A DNA stretch of 64,000 bases. It comes from Deltaproteobacteria bacterium (GTDB lineage Bacteria > Myxococcota > Kuafuiibacteriia > Kuafuiibacteriales > Kuafuiibacteriaceae). The translations under genes and the position numbers were made by a program. The stretch's first letter is position 1, and each line of letters begins with the position of its first letter. Positions 18,968 to 27,975 of the stretch are shown one piece after another. The DNA lies in contig JAVJQW010000017.1 in assembly GCA_040218735.1 (NCBI GenBank), positions 64,001 to 128,000 of the forward strand, read 5' to 3'. The notes beneath the pieces are model-generated. The model searched no databases and was not told where the DNA came from. It saw only the letters and a list, made by a program, of their open reading frames with translations.

Positions 18968-21900
18968 GCAACGAACGGTCGGACCTCGAGCTGGACGCGC
19001 TGCTTCGCGAGACCCCCACGACGTCGGCGGTGTGCCTCGACGAGGCCGGCCCCGACTTCGACGCGATCGCGGCGAGGCACGAAGGCTCGCTCTCCCCCGA
19101 AGCGACGGAGACGCTGAGCGCCCACCTTCGAGACTGCCGGCTCTGCCGAGAGCTCGATCTGCAGTTCGCGGAGCTGACCGCGTCCGACCCGCTCGCCGAC
19201 GTCGACCCGGCGACGATCGACCGCGTGACGGAGGCCGTGGACCGACGCTTCGGGAGCCACGAGGACGTCGTGCAGCAGCTCGCGTCGCGCCCGCCACGCG
19301 CGCGTCCGCGGTGGCGGCACGCCATCGCCGCGGCCGTCGCCGCGGCGCTCGTCCTCTGCACCGTCACCTTCGTCTTTCTCCCCTCGCCCCCGGCCTACGA
19401 GATCCGCGTCGCGACGCGTGGACGACCGCTGGCCACCAGACGATCGCAGAGCGATGCGGCGGGGCCCCGTGACTCGGGGAAGTACGGGCCGCAGAGCATC
19501 CTGGCGTACGACGTCACGGTGTCGATGCCGCCCGGCGCGGCGGAGCCGGTCCTCCAAGTCTACGTCGAAGGGATCGACGGCCGGCTCACACGCGTCACGC
19601 CCTCGATCCAAACGAAGCTCGAGCGCGACGAAGTTCGCTACGTCGTCGAAGGTCGAGGCAGCGACTTCTTCGGTGAAGGCGCGGGTACCCGCTCCCTTTG
19701 GTTTGGAGTCGCGCCGTCGCCCGGTGCGTTCGGTGCGGTCGACGGCCAACGTCCCGATGCGCCGGGTTCCGACGACATTACATGGGCGCGTGTCGAAGCC
19801 GAGTACGTCATCGCCGCCGCGGTCGCGCCGCCGGAAGCCGCGCTGTTCGGGGCGCTGGCCACGGGTTGGTTCGCCGGAGCGCAGACGATGTTCTTCGACG
19901 CGACGCACCGACCTCGCGTTCGGCTCTCGGGTCGCGGCGCGTGGACCGTCAGCGTCGAGGACGACCGCGGAACACACGAGCTCGCGCGCGAGACGCTAGA
20001 CCGCTTGGACGATGCTCGGCACGTGGTCCTCGACCTCCCCTGGGTTGCGCCGCGCCGGGGGACACTGATCGCGGCGGCCGACGGCGTGGAGCGCCGACGT
20101 TGGGCGATCGTCTGGAACCCACTCGAACATCCTGACTTCGCGGGTCGATTCGAACCGCTCTACGCACGCGTGGACGAGGGTCGCGCGGCGTTTCGCGCGG
20201 GTCGTCGCGGCGACGCGGAGCGAGCCTGGCGGCGAGCCATCGAGTTGGCCGAAGCGGCGGGTGTCCTCAGCGAGGCGTCCCGACGCCGATCCGCGCTCGC
20301 GTACGTCGCGCTGAGCGACGATCGATTCGACGAAGCGCTGCGACTCCTCGAGGCGGCGCGCGCGGACGCCCGTAAGCTCGACTCGTCGAAGCTGTCCGCG
20401 GAAGCCGACTACTACGAAGCGCTCGTACACCTCGAACGGCGCGGCAACGGGGCGTTCGTCGCAGCCGAGCGATTGCTGCAGGCCGCCATCAGCTTTGCGG
20501 AGTACGAAGGCGACACGCGCCATCTGCAGCAGATCGTACAACCGCTCGTGACGCTCTGGTCGGAGTACGGGCGCGCGGCCGAGGCGGTGCGTTTGCTTCG
20601 ACGACACCCGCCACCGCCGGACGCAGACGACGTCGCCCGCGGACACTACTTCGGGAACCTCGCCGGCGCGCTGTACCACGCACACCGCACGGGCCAAATG
20701 ACGGTGGCGCGCGAGACGCTCCACGGCGCAGCGCAACGCGCGCTCCGCCACTTTCAGGCCAGCGGAACGAAGCAGTTCGAGGCGAACGTTCGCGCGCTCA
20801 TCGCACGCGCCTCCCTCGACGCCGACGACGAAGCGACGGCGCGTGCTCAGGTCGACGCGCTCCTGGCGATGACGAACGACGAGCGGACCGAAGTGCGTTG
20901 GGAGGTCCGGATGCTCGATGCGGAGCTTGCGCTGGCCGAGGGACGGCTGGAGGAAGCAAGCGAACGTCTGCTTTCGATCGAAGCCAACGCGCTCGAAGAA
21001 CACGACGGCGACGACTCCCGAGTGGCGTGCGCCGCGCGCGCGTTGCTCGGGCGCGTGCACGAGGAGGCGGGGCGCGCGGAGCGAGCGCGCGCCGACTATC
21101 TCGCCGCCACCCGACGTCTGCGTGCGCTGCGCAGGACGCTGGTGAGCGCGCCGGCCCAGGCCTCGATGCTCGCCGATGAGGCCGACCTGCATCGACGAAC
21201 GTTGGGGGCGCTCCTCGACGCCGGCCTCGTGGACCAAGCCGTCGAGCACGCGAGTCAGCGCCGCGCGGAGGTCCTGGTCGGCCTGGCGGGCGAGGACGCG
21301 CATGTCGAGGCGATGGACCTCGCGGCGATACGATCCAGGCTGGGGGACCGACGCGCCCTCGTCATCGCAGCGCGATCACACCGCGAACCCTTGAGCTTCT
21401 GGATCTCGAACACACAGGTCGACGTCGCGCGCGGCGACGACGTGCTGAAGCAGTGGGAGGCACGCGCGGCGACGGTCGACCACATCTACATCTCGCCGGG
21501 TGGCGAGCGCTGGGCGTTCGAGCTCGCGGTGCCTCCGGGCGGTGCCACGGTTTCTTGGGTTCCACACGCGGGCGTCGTCGGACGGAAGCGGACGAGCGCG
21601 GCTTCGGGTGCCGTCGTCGTCGCGGACCCGAACCGTGACCTCGCCTTTGCCGAGCGTGAGGGGCGCTCGGTCGCGTCTCGACGCACGGACTCCAAGCTCT
21701 TGATCCACGAGGGGGCTACGCGAGCGGCCGTCCTCGACTCGCTCGGCACCGTACGACTGTTTCACTTTGCCGGGCACGGTCAGGTCGGGCGGAACGATCC
21801 CTGGAGCGCTCGCCTTCGACTGGCGGACGGTGACCTGACGATTCATGACATCTTCGAAGCGCGTCCCGACGGCATTCACTTGGCCGTGCTCATCGGCTGC

Positions 21901-22134
21901 AGCACGGGTGAAGCCCAACGCGAAGGCTCGGATGGGTTGCCTCAGGCGCTACTCACCGCCGGGGTGAGGACTGTCGTCGCCAGCGTCGATGGGCTGGATG
22001 ACACACCCGAGCTCGGGCGGTTCGTGGCGGCCTTCTACGCGGCGGGCGGCGAAGAGACCCCGGGGGAGGCGTTCCGGATCGCGGCGGCTGCATCGCCGGC
22101 GGGTCGGTCGTTTCGACTCTGGGGTGAGCCTTAA
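18964..22134 (+). CDS. Zinc anti-sigma (HxxxCxxC)-TM-TPR-CHAT caspase-like protease fusion
   Basis: HLRDCRLC; hydrophobic AIAAAVAAALVLCTVTFVFL; TPR-like helices; CHAT motifs VADPNRDLAFAERE, HFAGHG, LIGCSTG. Confidence 0.85.
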   Translation: MSNERSDLELDALLRETPTTSAVCLDEAGPDFDAIAARHEGSLSPEATETLSAHLRDCRLCRELDLQFAELTASDPLADVDPATIDRVTEAVDRRFGSHEDVVQQLASRPPRARPRWRHAIAAAVAAALVLCTVTFVFLPSPPAYEIRVATRGRPLATRRSQSDAAGPRDSGKYGPQSILAYDVTVSMPPGAAEPVLQVYVEGIDGRLTRVTPSIQTKLERDEVRYVVEGRGSDFFGEGAGTRSLWFGVAPSPGAFGAVDGQRPDAPGSDDITWARVEAEYVIAAAVAPPEAALFGALATGWFAGAQTMFFDATHRPRVRLSGRGAWTVSVEDDRGTHELARETLDRLDDARHVVLDLPWVAPRRGTLIAAADGVERRRWAIVWNPLEHPDFAGRFEPLYARVDEGRAAFRAGRRGDAERAWRRAIELAEAAGVLSEASRRRSALAYVALSDDRFDEALRLLEAARADARKLDSSKLSAEADYYEALVHLERRGNGAFVAAERLLQAAISFAEYEGDTRHLQQIVQPLVTLWSEYGRAAEAVRLLRRHPPPPDADDVARGHYFGNLAGALYHAHRTGQMTVARETLHGAAQRALRHFQASGTKQFEANVRALIARASLDADDEATARAQVDALLAMTNDERTEVRWEVRMLDAELALAEGRLEEASERLLSIEANALEEHDGDDSRVACAARALLGRVHEEAGRAERARADYLAATRRLRALRRTLVSAPAQASMLADEADLHRRTLGALLDAGLVDQAVEHASQRRAEVLVGLAGEDAHVEAMDLAAIRSRLGDRRALVIAARSHREPLSFWISNTQVDVARGDDVLKQWEARAATVDHIYISPGGERWAFELAVPPGGATVSWVPHAGVVGRKRTSAASGAVVVADPNRDLAFAEREGRSVASRRTDSKLLIHEGATRAAVLDSLGTVRLFHFAGHGQVGRNDPWSARLRLADGDLTIHDIFEARPDGIHLAVLIGCSTGEAQREGSDGLPQALLTAGVRTVVASVDGLDDTPELGRFVAAFYAAGGEETPGEAFRIAAAASPAGRSFRLWGEP

Positions 22135-22385
22135 TCGTCGCCTTCGCCGCGAACGTACGCGCCCAAGACGTCCGAACGCGCCCACGCCTCGGCCAAAAAT
22201 GCACGCGCGTGACTCAAGTCATGTGCGGCAAAAGTGACGTACGCGTTGCGCTCACTAACTGGACCTTCGGGCAGGTCATCGGTGGCGCACCGATGGGTTT
22301 CCGCGAGCGAGCGAATCGCGGCGAGATCAGCCGAGCGCGTGATTCTGAGAACCACGGCCCAAACCTCCCGACTTGCGATCACCAT
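22131..22385 (-). CDS. 84-aa protein resembling a stand-alone subtilase prodomain
   Basis: Shares LGAYVR and overall pattern with the N-terminus of the neighbouring S8 protease; stop overlaps the CHAT gene stop. Confidence 0.6.
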   Translation of the reverse strand: MVIASREVWAVVLRITRSADLAAIRSLAETHRCATDDLPEGPVSERNAYVTFAAHDLSHARAFLAEAWARSDVLGAYVRGEGDD

Positions 22386-22543
22386 CTTTCGTTTTACCTC
22401 TTGTTTCGACAGTTCGGCCCGCCGCCGGCGCTCCTTGAGCTTCTTCCTTCGAAACTATTCCTCCCTTTGAGGGTCGCGTCCAATGCACTACGCTTCGCGG
22501 CCCCGGGCCACCCACGCGGCCCACGGGACGAGCCACGCACTGT

Positions 22544-23764
22544 ATGCACGAACCACGAGTCCTCATCGCCCGGTTCACTCCATCGGCCGCTCGTAACGCG
22601 GCGAACGCTCTGGAGAGAGAACGCGCCTATCTCACAGCGTTGTTCCCGGAGCTCGACGCCACGTACTTCAACGTGAGCTCGCAGGATGATCGGCCGCATG
22701 AGTTAGCCAAGATATGCCGGTCGATTCACGGGTGCCTGGGTGCGTACGTGCGAAGTGCGCCGCGGCCGGCTTCGATGCCCATGCATCATCGTGATGCACA
22801 ACGGCACCTCGATGCCGCGCCCGGGCTCGGCGTGTCGTCTCTGTGGAAGGCACCCGGCGGCAACGGACAAGGCGTTCGCGTACTCATCTATGACTACGCG
22901 ATCGACGAGGACCACGTTTGTTTCCAGCACGGACTCACTTCGATCGACTCGGTCAAACGTTCCGATCCGAAGCTGCGCGATCACGGCACCGCCGTCGCGG
23001 GGGTCGTGGGCGCGAGGCAGGTGCCGAACGGTTCTCTGCCGCGCGGCGTTTCGGGGTGCGCTCCGGGCGCGTCGATGATCTTCTTCGCCGTCTCACGCGG
23101 ACGAATGCAGTGCAGCGACCTGTGGAAGGCCCACGACCAGCTCGAAGAGGGAGACATCCTCCTCCTCCCGCAGACCGCTCGACTCGATACGAACGTCGCG
23201 GGTGCGCCCACGTTCCCGTGGGTTCCTCTCGAGTGGTTTCCGGACATGCAGATACCGATCGAGGCGATGACGAAGAAGGGCATCATCGTGGTGCAAGCCG
23301 CCGGTAACGACGATGCCAACCTCGACGATCCCCTGTTCGACGCGCCACCGAAGCCCGGGCATTTTCCCAGCTGGCGCAACCCGTTCAGCGTCGCCCGCGG
23401 GAGCGGACCGAGCTCGATCATCGTGGGTGCTTCCCATGTCGACATTCAGCAGGGTCGGATGCCGTACTCCAACTTCGGTCGCTGCGTCGACGTGCAAGGC
23501 TGGGGTGAGAACGTCGTGACGTGCGGCTACGGTGACCTCGAGGACCCGGGCGATCCGCACTGCCGGTTCACCGCGGCGTTCTCCGGCACCTCGGCGGCGG
23601 CCGCGATGATCGCCGGCACGCTCGCCTGCTTGCAGGGCGTCCGAAAGGTCGACCCGAGTAAGGGGTACATCACCCCTGCGAATGCGCGCGCGGTCTTGCT
23701 GACGCACGCGACGAAGGCTCCCGCTTCTTACGAGCCGATCGGGGACCGGCCGGACTGGGGCTAG
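22544..23764 (+). CDS. S8 subtilisin-like serine protease, no signal peptide
   Basis: Triad YDYAID / HGTAVAG / SGTSAAA and oxyanion AAGN. Confidence 0.9.
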   Translation: MHEPRVLIARFTPSAARNAANALERERAYLTALFPELDATYFNVSSQDDRPHELAKICRSIHGCLGAYVRSAPRPASMPMHHRDAQRHLDAAPGLGVSSLWKAPGGNGQGVRVLIYDYAIDEDHVCFQHGLTSIDSVKRSDPKLRDHGTAVAGVVGARQVPNGSLPRGVSGCAPGASMIFFAVSRGRMQCSDLWKAHDQLEEGDILLLPQTARLDTNVAGAPTFPWVPLEWFPDMQIPIEAMTKKGIIVVQAAGNDDANLDDPLFDAPPKPGHFPSWRNPFSVARGSGPSSIIVGASHVDIQQGRMPYSNFGRCVDVQGWGENVVTCGYGDLEDPGDPHCRFTAAFSGTSAAAAMIAGTLACLQGVRKVDPSKGYITPANARAVLLTHATKAPASYEPIGDRPDWG

Positions 23765-25043
23765 CCTCTCCCAAGAACGGCGACGCAACCCTGTACCCGC
23801 GGCGCGGGACGTTCTCGAACGGCATCGGGAAGCCCTCGCGCTCGATTCGCGCACGAATCTGCTGGAGTGCAGAGCGAATCGCGGTGTCGGTCACTACGCC
23901 GCAGGCGTCCTTGAGGGCGGCGACGCTCACGGGTTCACCTCGGGCCTGCAAGAGGCAGCAGAGGATGCGCCAGTTCGTGCCTCGGAAGGTCAGCACCCGA
24001 CCGCTGTCCGTGACGATACCGCGGCTGTTCGGGCGCGCGGGATCGGGCTGGAGGCCAGGCGAGCCCTCCGCCGATGGCGGGGTTGGCGTCGCTGGGTTCC
24101 CTTGGGGTCGCGGCGCCGGCGCCTCCAGCGGGCGCGCTCGTGCGGCTTGCGCGAGCGGGTCGTGGACTGTTTCGGCATCCAAGCGCTTCCGTAGCTCGGA
24201 CGCGACGAGCTTGTGCGTCACGCTCGGAGCGACCAAGCGCAGCCGTCCGGCGTCGTGACGCAGCAGCCCACAGCGGAGCAGCGGCTGGATGGCCTCATCG
24301 GCGGGGTCACATTTTTCGGTCCCGTCGTCGAGGACCGAGACGAGCGCCCCGACGGACGCGCGTGCGTACTCGAACACCCAGGCCACCGCGTCCGCGACGT
24401 AGCTCGTCGCGTTGAGTCGCAGGTAATTCGAGAGCTGATCGTAGTCGCCGAAGAGCTCGGATCGTCGTGATGCGCGCGCGAGGAGCGTGGGGTGACCGTC
24501 GGTCGCGCCGAACACGTTCGTCCACACGTCTTCGGAGAGCTTCCCCATCAGGTCGGTGAGCGCAGCTCGGGTGTCGTCCACCGTCGGGAGGTCCATGAAG
24601 TAGCGATCGAACTGGTGGATCTCGTTCTGCCGCCGATTCACCCAGTCGCGCTCGGGATCGTCGTTGCCGATCGCACGTTCGGCGACGTCGTCGCGTGACA
24701 AGCGCGAGGTCGCGACGAGGCGTGCGTCGGGGATCGAGCGCAGTGTCTTCTCGAGTCGAGCGTCGTAGAGGATGTCGAAGTCATCGACGAGGAGCGTGTC
24801 GGTGCCGCGTGCGCTTCGACACCATTCGGCGATCTCCTGTCCGGCTCCGGGGTCGCCACCCATCACGAGCGTCGCACCCTCCGAGCGCGACAGGGCGCGC
24901 AGGAGCGACGTCTTCCCCATACCCGGCGCGCCCTGCACGAAGTGACGACCGGGACGCAGCGCGGGCTCCGGTCCGTCCGATCGGGACCACGAAGGAGGCC
25001 GGAGCTTGGCGACGAGGGGTCGATGAAGGATCTCGAACTTCAT
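23670..25043 (-). CDS. STAND-like P-loop ATPase with C-terminal OmpR-type winged helix
   Basis: GAPGMGKT, LLVDDFD, GHP motif; C-terminal ENVPRRGYR. Confidence 0.8.
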   Translation of the reverse strand: MKFEILHRPLVAKLRPPSWSRSDGPEPALRPGRHFVQGAPGMGKTSLLRALSRSEGATLVMGGDPGAGQEIAEWCRSARGTDTLLVDDFDILYDARLEKTLRSIPDARLVATSRLSRDDVAERAIGNDDPERDWVNRRQNEIHQFDRYFMDLPTVDDTRAALTDLMGKLSEDVWTNVFGATDGHPTLLARASRRSELFGDYDQLSNYLRLNATSYVADAVAWVFEYARASVGALVSVLDDGTEKCDPADEAIQPLLRCGLLRHDAGRLRLVAPSVTHKLVASELRKRLDAETVHDPLAQAARARPLEAPAPRPQGNPATPTPPSAEGSPGLQPDPARPNSRGIVTDSGRVLTFRGTNWRILCCLLQARGEPVSVAALKDACGVVTDTAIRSALQQIRARIEREGFPMPFENVPRRGYRVASPFLGEASPSPAGPRSARKKREPSSRASARPRAHSQG

Positions 25044-25156
25044 GTGCAGAACGCGCGGTAATATATAGGCATATGTATCCATTCGCCAGTATGTGACGAG
25101 AGAATACACCTCCGTTCACAGAAACGGGGCAGTGTGGGGGGCAGCACTCCGGCCTT

Positions 25157-25549
25157 TCAGCGGATTTCCAGGGGGACCTCGAAGGACTCGGAGCCCTCGA
25201 ACTTGAGGAGGCACGACGTCGCGGCGGCGGCCTGGTCGGGGCGCGGCTCGCCGGCCCACAGGTGCTCTTCGTCGAACGTGGACGGCACGTCCAAGCCGAT
25301 GCTCCAAGAGGCGGTCCCGTTTTCGCATTCGACGGTGAGTGAGGTCGGCGAGAAGGCCTCGTAGTCGCCACCGGGCTTCAGAACGATGTCGACGGTGTCG
25401 TAGACGAGATCTTCCAGGAGGGAGCCCTCGCAGGTCGGGCAGGGGTGCGTGGTCGCGTCGGTCGTGACGGCGAGCTCCTCCGTGGGGGGCGCGCACGCAA
25501 AACCGAACAGGGCGGCGGAGAGGATGAGGACGAGTCTGTGTGTATGCAT
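25157..25549 (-). CDS. Small hypothetical lipoprotein
   Basis: Lipobox GFAC; CPTC plus two further Cys. Confidence 0.65.
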   Translation of the reverse strand: MHTHRLVLILSAALFGFACAPPTEELAVTTDATTHPCPTCEGSLLEDLVYDTVDIVLKPGGDYEAFSPTSLTVECENGTASWSIGLDVPSTFDEEHLWAGEPRPDQAAAATSCLLKFEGSESFEVPLEIR

Positions 25550-25692
25550 ATATTTTTATATTGATACATGTATATCACTCGGCAAGGATCGGATCCCCTC
25601 GTTGGGCAAAGATCGTCGTCGAATCACCACAGTCGTCGTCGAAGCGCCCGGGTCTGGGGCCTCGATGTGTCACAACGCGCCGGAATCAGGGC

Positions 25693-25708
25693 TGGCCTGG
25701 GCCTTGCT
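25693..25708 (+). promoter_or_regulatory. Sigma54 -24/-12 promoter
   Basis: TGGCCTGGGCCTTGCT (GG-N10-GC), 15 bp before ATG 25724. Confidence 0.6.
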
Positions 25709-25723
25709 GTGGGGTCGCCCACG

Positions 25724-26506
25724 ATGCGGATAGCCCAGACGCTCCTAGCCCTCTCCCTCGCCGCTGGATCCTTCGCGTGCGGCGCCACCTCCGACGGTCA
25801 GATCGGCGAAAACGGCGAAGTGCGGTTCTCGCTGGTCGTCGACTTCATCGACAACGCGAGCATCGACGACGACGTCGCCACCCACCGGACGCTGTTCGTC
25901 GCCATGCAGCACCCGAAGCGCGGCTTCCTCGACGACGAGACCTACACGAAGCTCTCCCTGCAGGTTCGCAACGAGGACGGCGAGCTCGTCTCGTCCGTCT
26001 TCCCGCTCGGGTTCGCGCAGTACGGTGTCGTGTTCGAGCAGGCCGGTCGCTACAAGCTCGTGGCGATGGACGGCGGCACGCAGCTCGACGCGTTCTCGAT
26101 CAACGTGCGCGACGTCGACGACATCGCGCTGTCACGCCGCGTCGTGGTGAGCACGACCTACGAAGACGACAACGGCGACACGTGCGCGCGCGTGCAAGAG
26201 CTCGACGGCATCGAGAACGTCGTCCTGCACGAGAACCAGAGCGTGCAGATGTTCGTCGTCCCGCGGGCCTCCGACGGCGCCGACCTCATCGGCTTCCTCG
26301 CCCTCACCGGCGACGGTCCGGACAGCGTCATCCTCCACTCGCCGTTGGTCGGTCAGGGGCGTCGCGCGAACAGCCTGATCGTCACGCCCGACAGCACGAT
26401 GACCCCGTCGATCCGCGTGGTCATCGAGGACGCCGACGGCGGGCACCGCATCGACGTCGAGCTGCCGACCAAGAACGAGCCCTTCGAGCTCGACTGCAGT
26501 GACTAG
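25724..26506 (+). CDS. Hypothetical beta-rich lipoprotein
   Basis: Lipobox SFAC; high GC3 codon usage. Confidence 0.75.
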   Translation: MRIAQTLLALSLAAGSFACGATSDGQIGENGEVRFSLVVDFIDNASIDDDVATHRTLFVAMQHPKRGFLDDETYTKLSLQVRNEDGELVSSVFPLGFAQYGVVFEQAGRYKLVAMDGGTQLDAFSINVRDVDDIALSRRVVVSTTYEDDNGDTCARVQELDGIENVVLHENQSVQMFVVPRASDGADLIGFLALTGDGPDSVILHSPLVGQGRRANSLIVTPDSTMTPSIRVVIEDADGGHRIDVELPTKNEPFELDCSD

Positions 26507-27117
26507 AGCGCCTCGATCCACCGCACGACGGCAGCGGTGATGTCCTCTTCGGGGACGCGGCGCATCCCGTGGTCGCCGCCTTCGAACACGTCGAGGGTCA
26601 CGCGTTTCTTCGGGAGCTTCGCGAGCACCGGGCGCAGCAGCTCGAGATCGCAGAGCGCGTCCTTGCTCCCCTGCACGAACAACATCGGTGCCTTCACGTC
26701 GGGCAGGTGCGCATCGCGCAGCTTGTCCTTCTTGCCGGCGGGGTGCAGCGGGTAGCTCAAGAGGATCAGCCCGTCGACCGGGTGCCCCTCGGCGGCGAGC
26801 ATCGTCGTCATGCGACCGCCCATCGAGCGGCCACCGAGCACGACGCGTTCGAACTTGCCGAGCTTGTCTTCGAGCTGTGCCAGCCGCGCCTTCGCCGACT
26901 CGATGAGCTTCGGCATGCGGTCCGGCGCGCGCTTGCCGGCGACGCGGTACGGGAAACGCGCGCGCACCACGGTCGCGCCGAGCGCGGGGAGCGCCTTGGC
27001 GAGCGCCCGGATGTGTTGCTGATCGACGTCACCGCCCGCGCCGTGCCACAGCACGACGAGCGTGCCGGACAGCGGACCGGATTCGGGTTCGTGAACGAAG
27101 TACGCCTGCTTCGCCAT
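26503..27117 (-). CDS. Alpha/beta hydrolase (KANL3/Tex30-like)
   Basis: HGAGG, GRSMGG nucleophile, QGSKD, GDH. Confidence 0.9.
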   Translation of the reverse strand: MAKQAYFVHEPESGPLSGTLVVLWHGAGGDVDQQHIRALAKALPALGATVVRARFPYRVAGKRAPDRMPKLIESAKARLAQLEDKLGKFERVVLGGRSMGGRMTTMLAAEGHPVDGLILLSYPLHPAGKKDKLRDAHLPDVKAPMLFVQGSKDALCDLELLRPVLAKLPKKRVTLDVFEGGDHGMRRVPEEDITAAVVRWIEAL

Positions 27118-27151
27118 CGACGGCGATCGATACCACGGGCGGTGCGGGGGA

Positions 27152-27904
27152 TCAGTGGTTCGCGGCCGAGGTCAGCGTGACCTCTTCGAGCCAGTTGACG
27201 AGGCGCGTGAAGTCGAGCGGCTTGTGCATCACCGCCGACGCGCCGAGCTTCTCGATGACCTGCTCGGCGTTGTCCCAGTACAGCGCCCCGGACACCACCG
27301 CGACCGGGAGGTTCGGATGGGAGCCGTGGACGCGCTGCAGGAGCTCTTGCCCCGGGATGCTCGGGAGCATCCAGTCCATGACCACGGCGTCGAACGCCTG
27401 CGCGTCGAGGTGATCGAGGCCGGACGGCGGTGATGTCGTCACGGAGACCTCGCAGCCCTGACGCTTCAGCCGGCGCCGCATCATCTTCAGAATGCCGGGG
27501 TCGTCGTCGATGACGAGGACCCGCCGACCGTCGAGCTGGCCGCGCGCGGCGGCGGCGATCGGAGAAGGTGTGCTCTCGACGGGCGCCGGCCGCCCTTCCG
27601 CCCACGCTTCCAACACACGCGTGATGCGCGGCGGCGTGTCCGGGCGGACCTCGATGCGCACGCCGCGCCCCCGCACCCACGTCGCGACGAAGCCCTCGAA
27701 CGACACCGGCTCCGCGCCCGTCTCGTTGAACTGGATCCGCACACTCTCGGTGTAACGAAGGTCGGCGCGGTTCGTCTCGACGAAGACCCCCACCGGATAG
27801 ATCTCGGTGATGGGCGCCTCGAAGGAGATGCCCTCCTGCACCCAGCAGGTCATCCGCGTCGGGACGGGCAGCCCTTGGGCCTCTTGGAACGGCGACGGAC
27901 GCAT
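27152..27904 (-). CDS. PilZ-like + REC response regulator
   Basis: N-terminal PilZ-like strands (ITEIYPVGVFVET); REC LVIDDD, MDWMLP, KP. Confidence 0.75.
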   Translation of the reverse strand: MRPSPFQEAQGLPVPTRMTCWVQEGISFEAPITEIYPVGVFVETNRADLRYTESVRIQFNETGAEPVSFEGFVATWVRGRGVRIEVRPDTPPRITRVLEAWAEGRPAPVESTPSPIAAAARGQLDGRRVLVIDDDPGILKMMRRRLKRQGCEVSVTTSPPSGLDHLDAQAFDAVVMDWMLPSIPGQELLQRVHGSHPNLPVAVVSGALYWDNAEQVIEKLGASAVMHKPLDFTRLVNWLEEVTLTSAANH

Positions 27905-27975
27905 GGCGTTCCCCCTAGGGTTCGGCCGAGCCCCGCGGACCTTGAGCACTTTCCGTACGAGCGCCGGACGGCGTT

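Noticed and set aside
18225-25720. Island as a transposon or prophage
   Set aside because: No transposase, integrase, phage genes or terminal repeats seen
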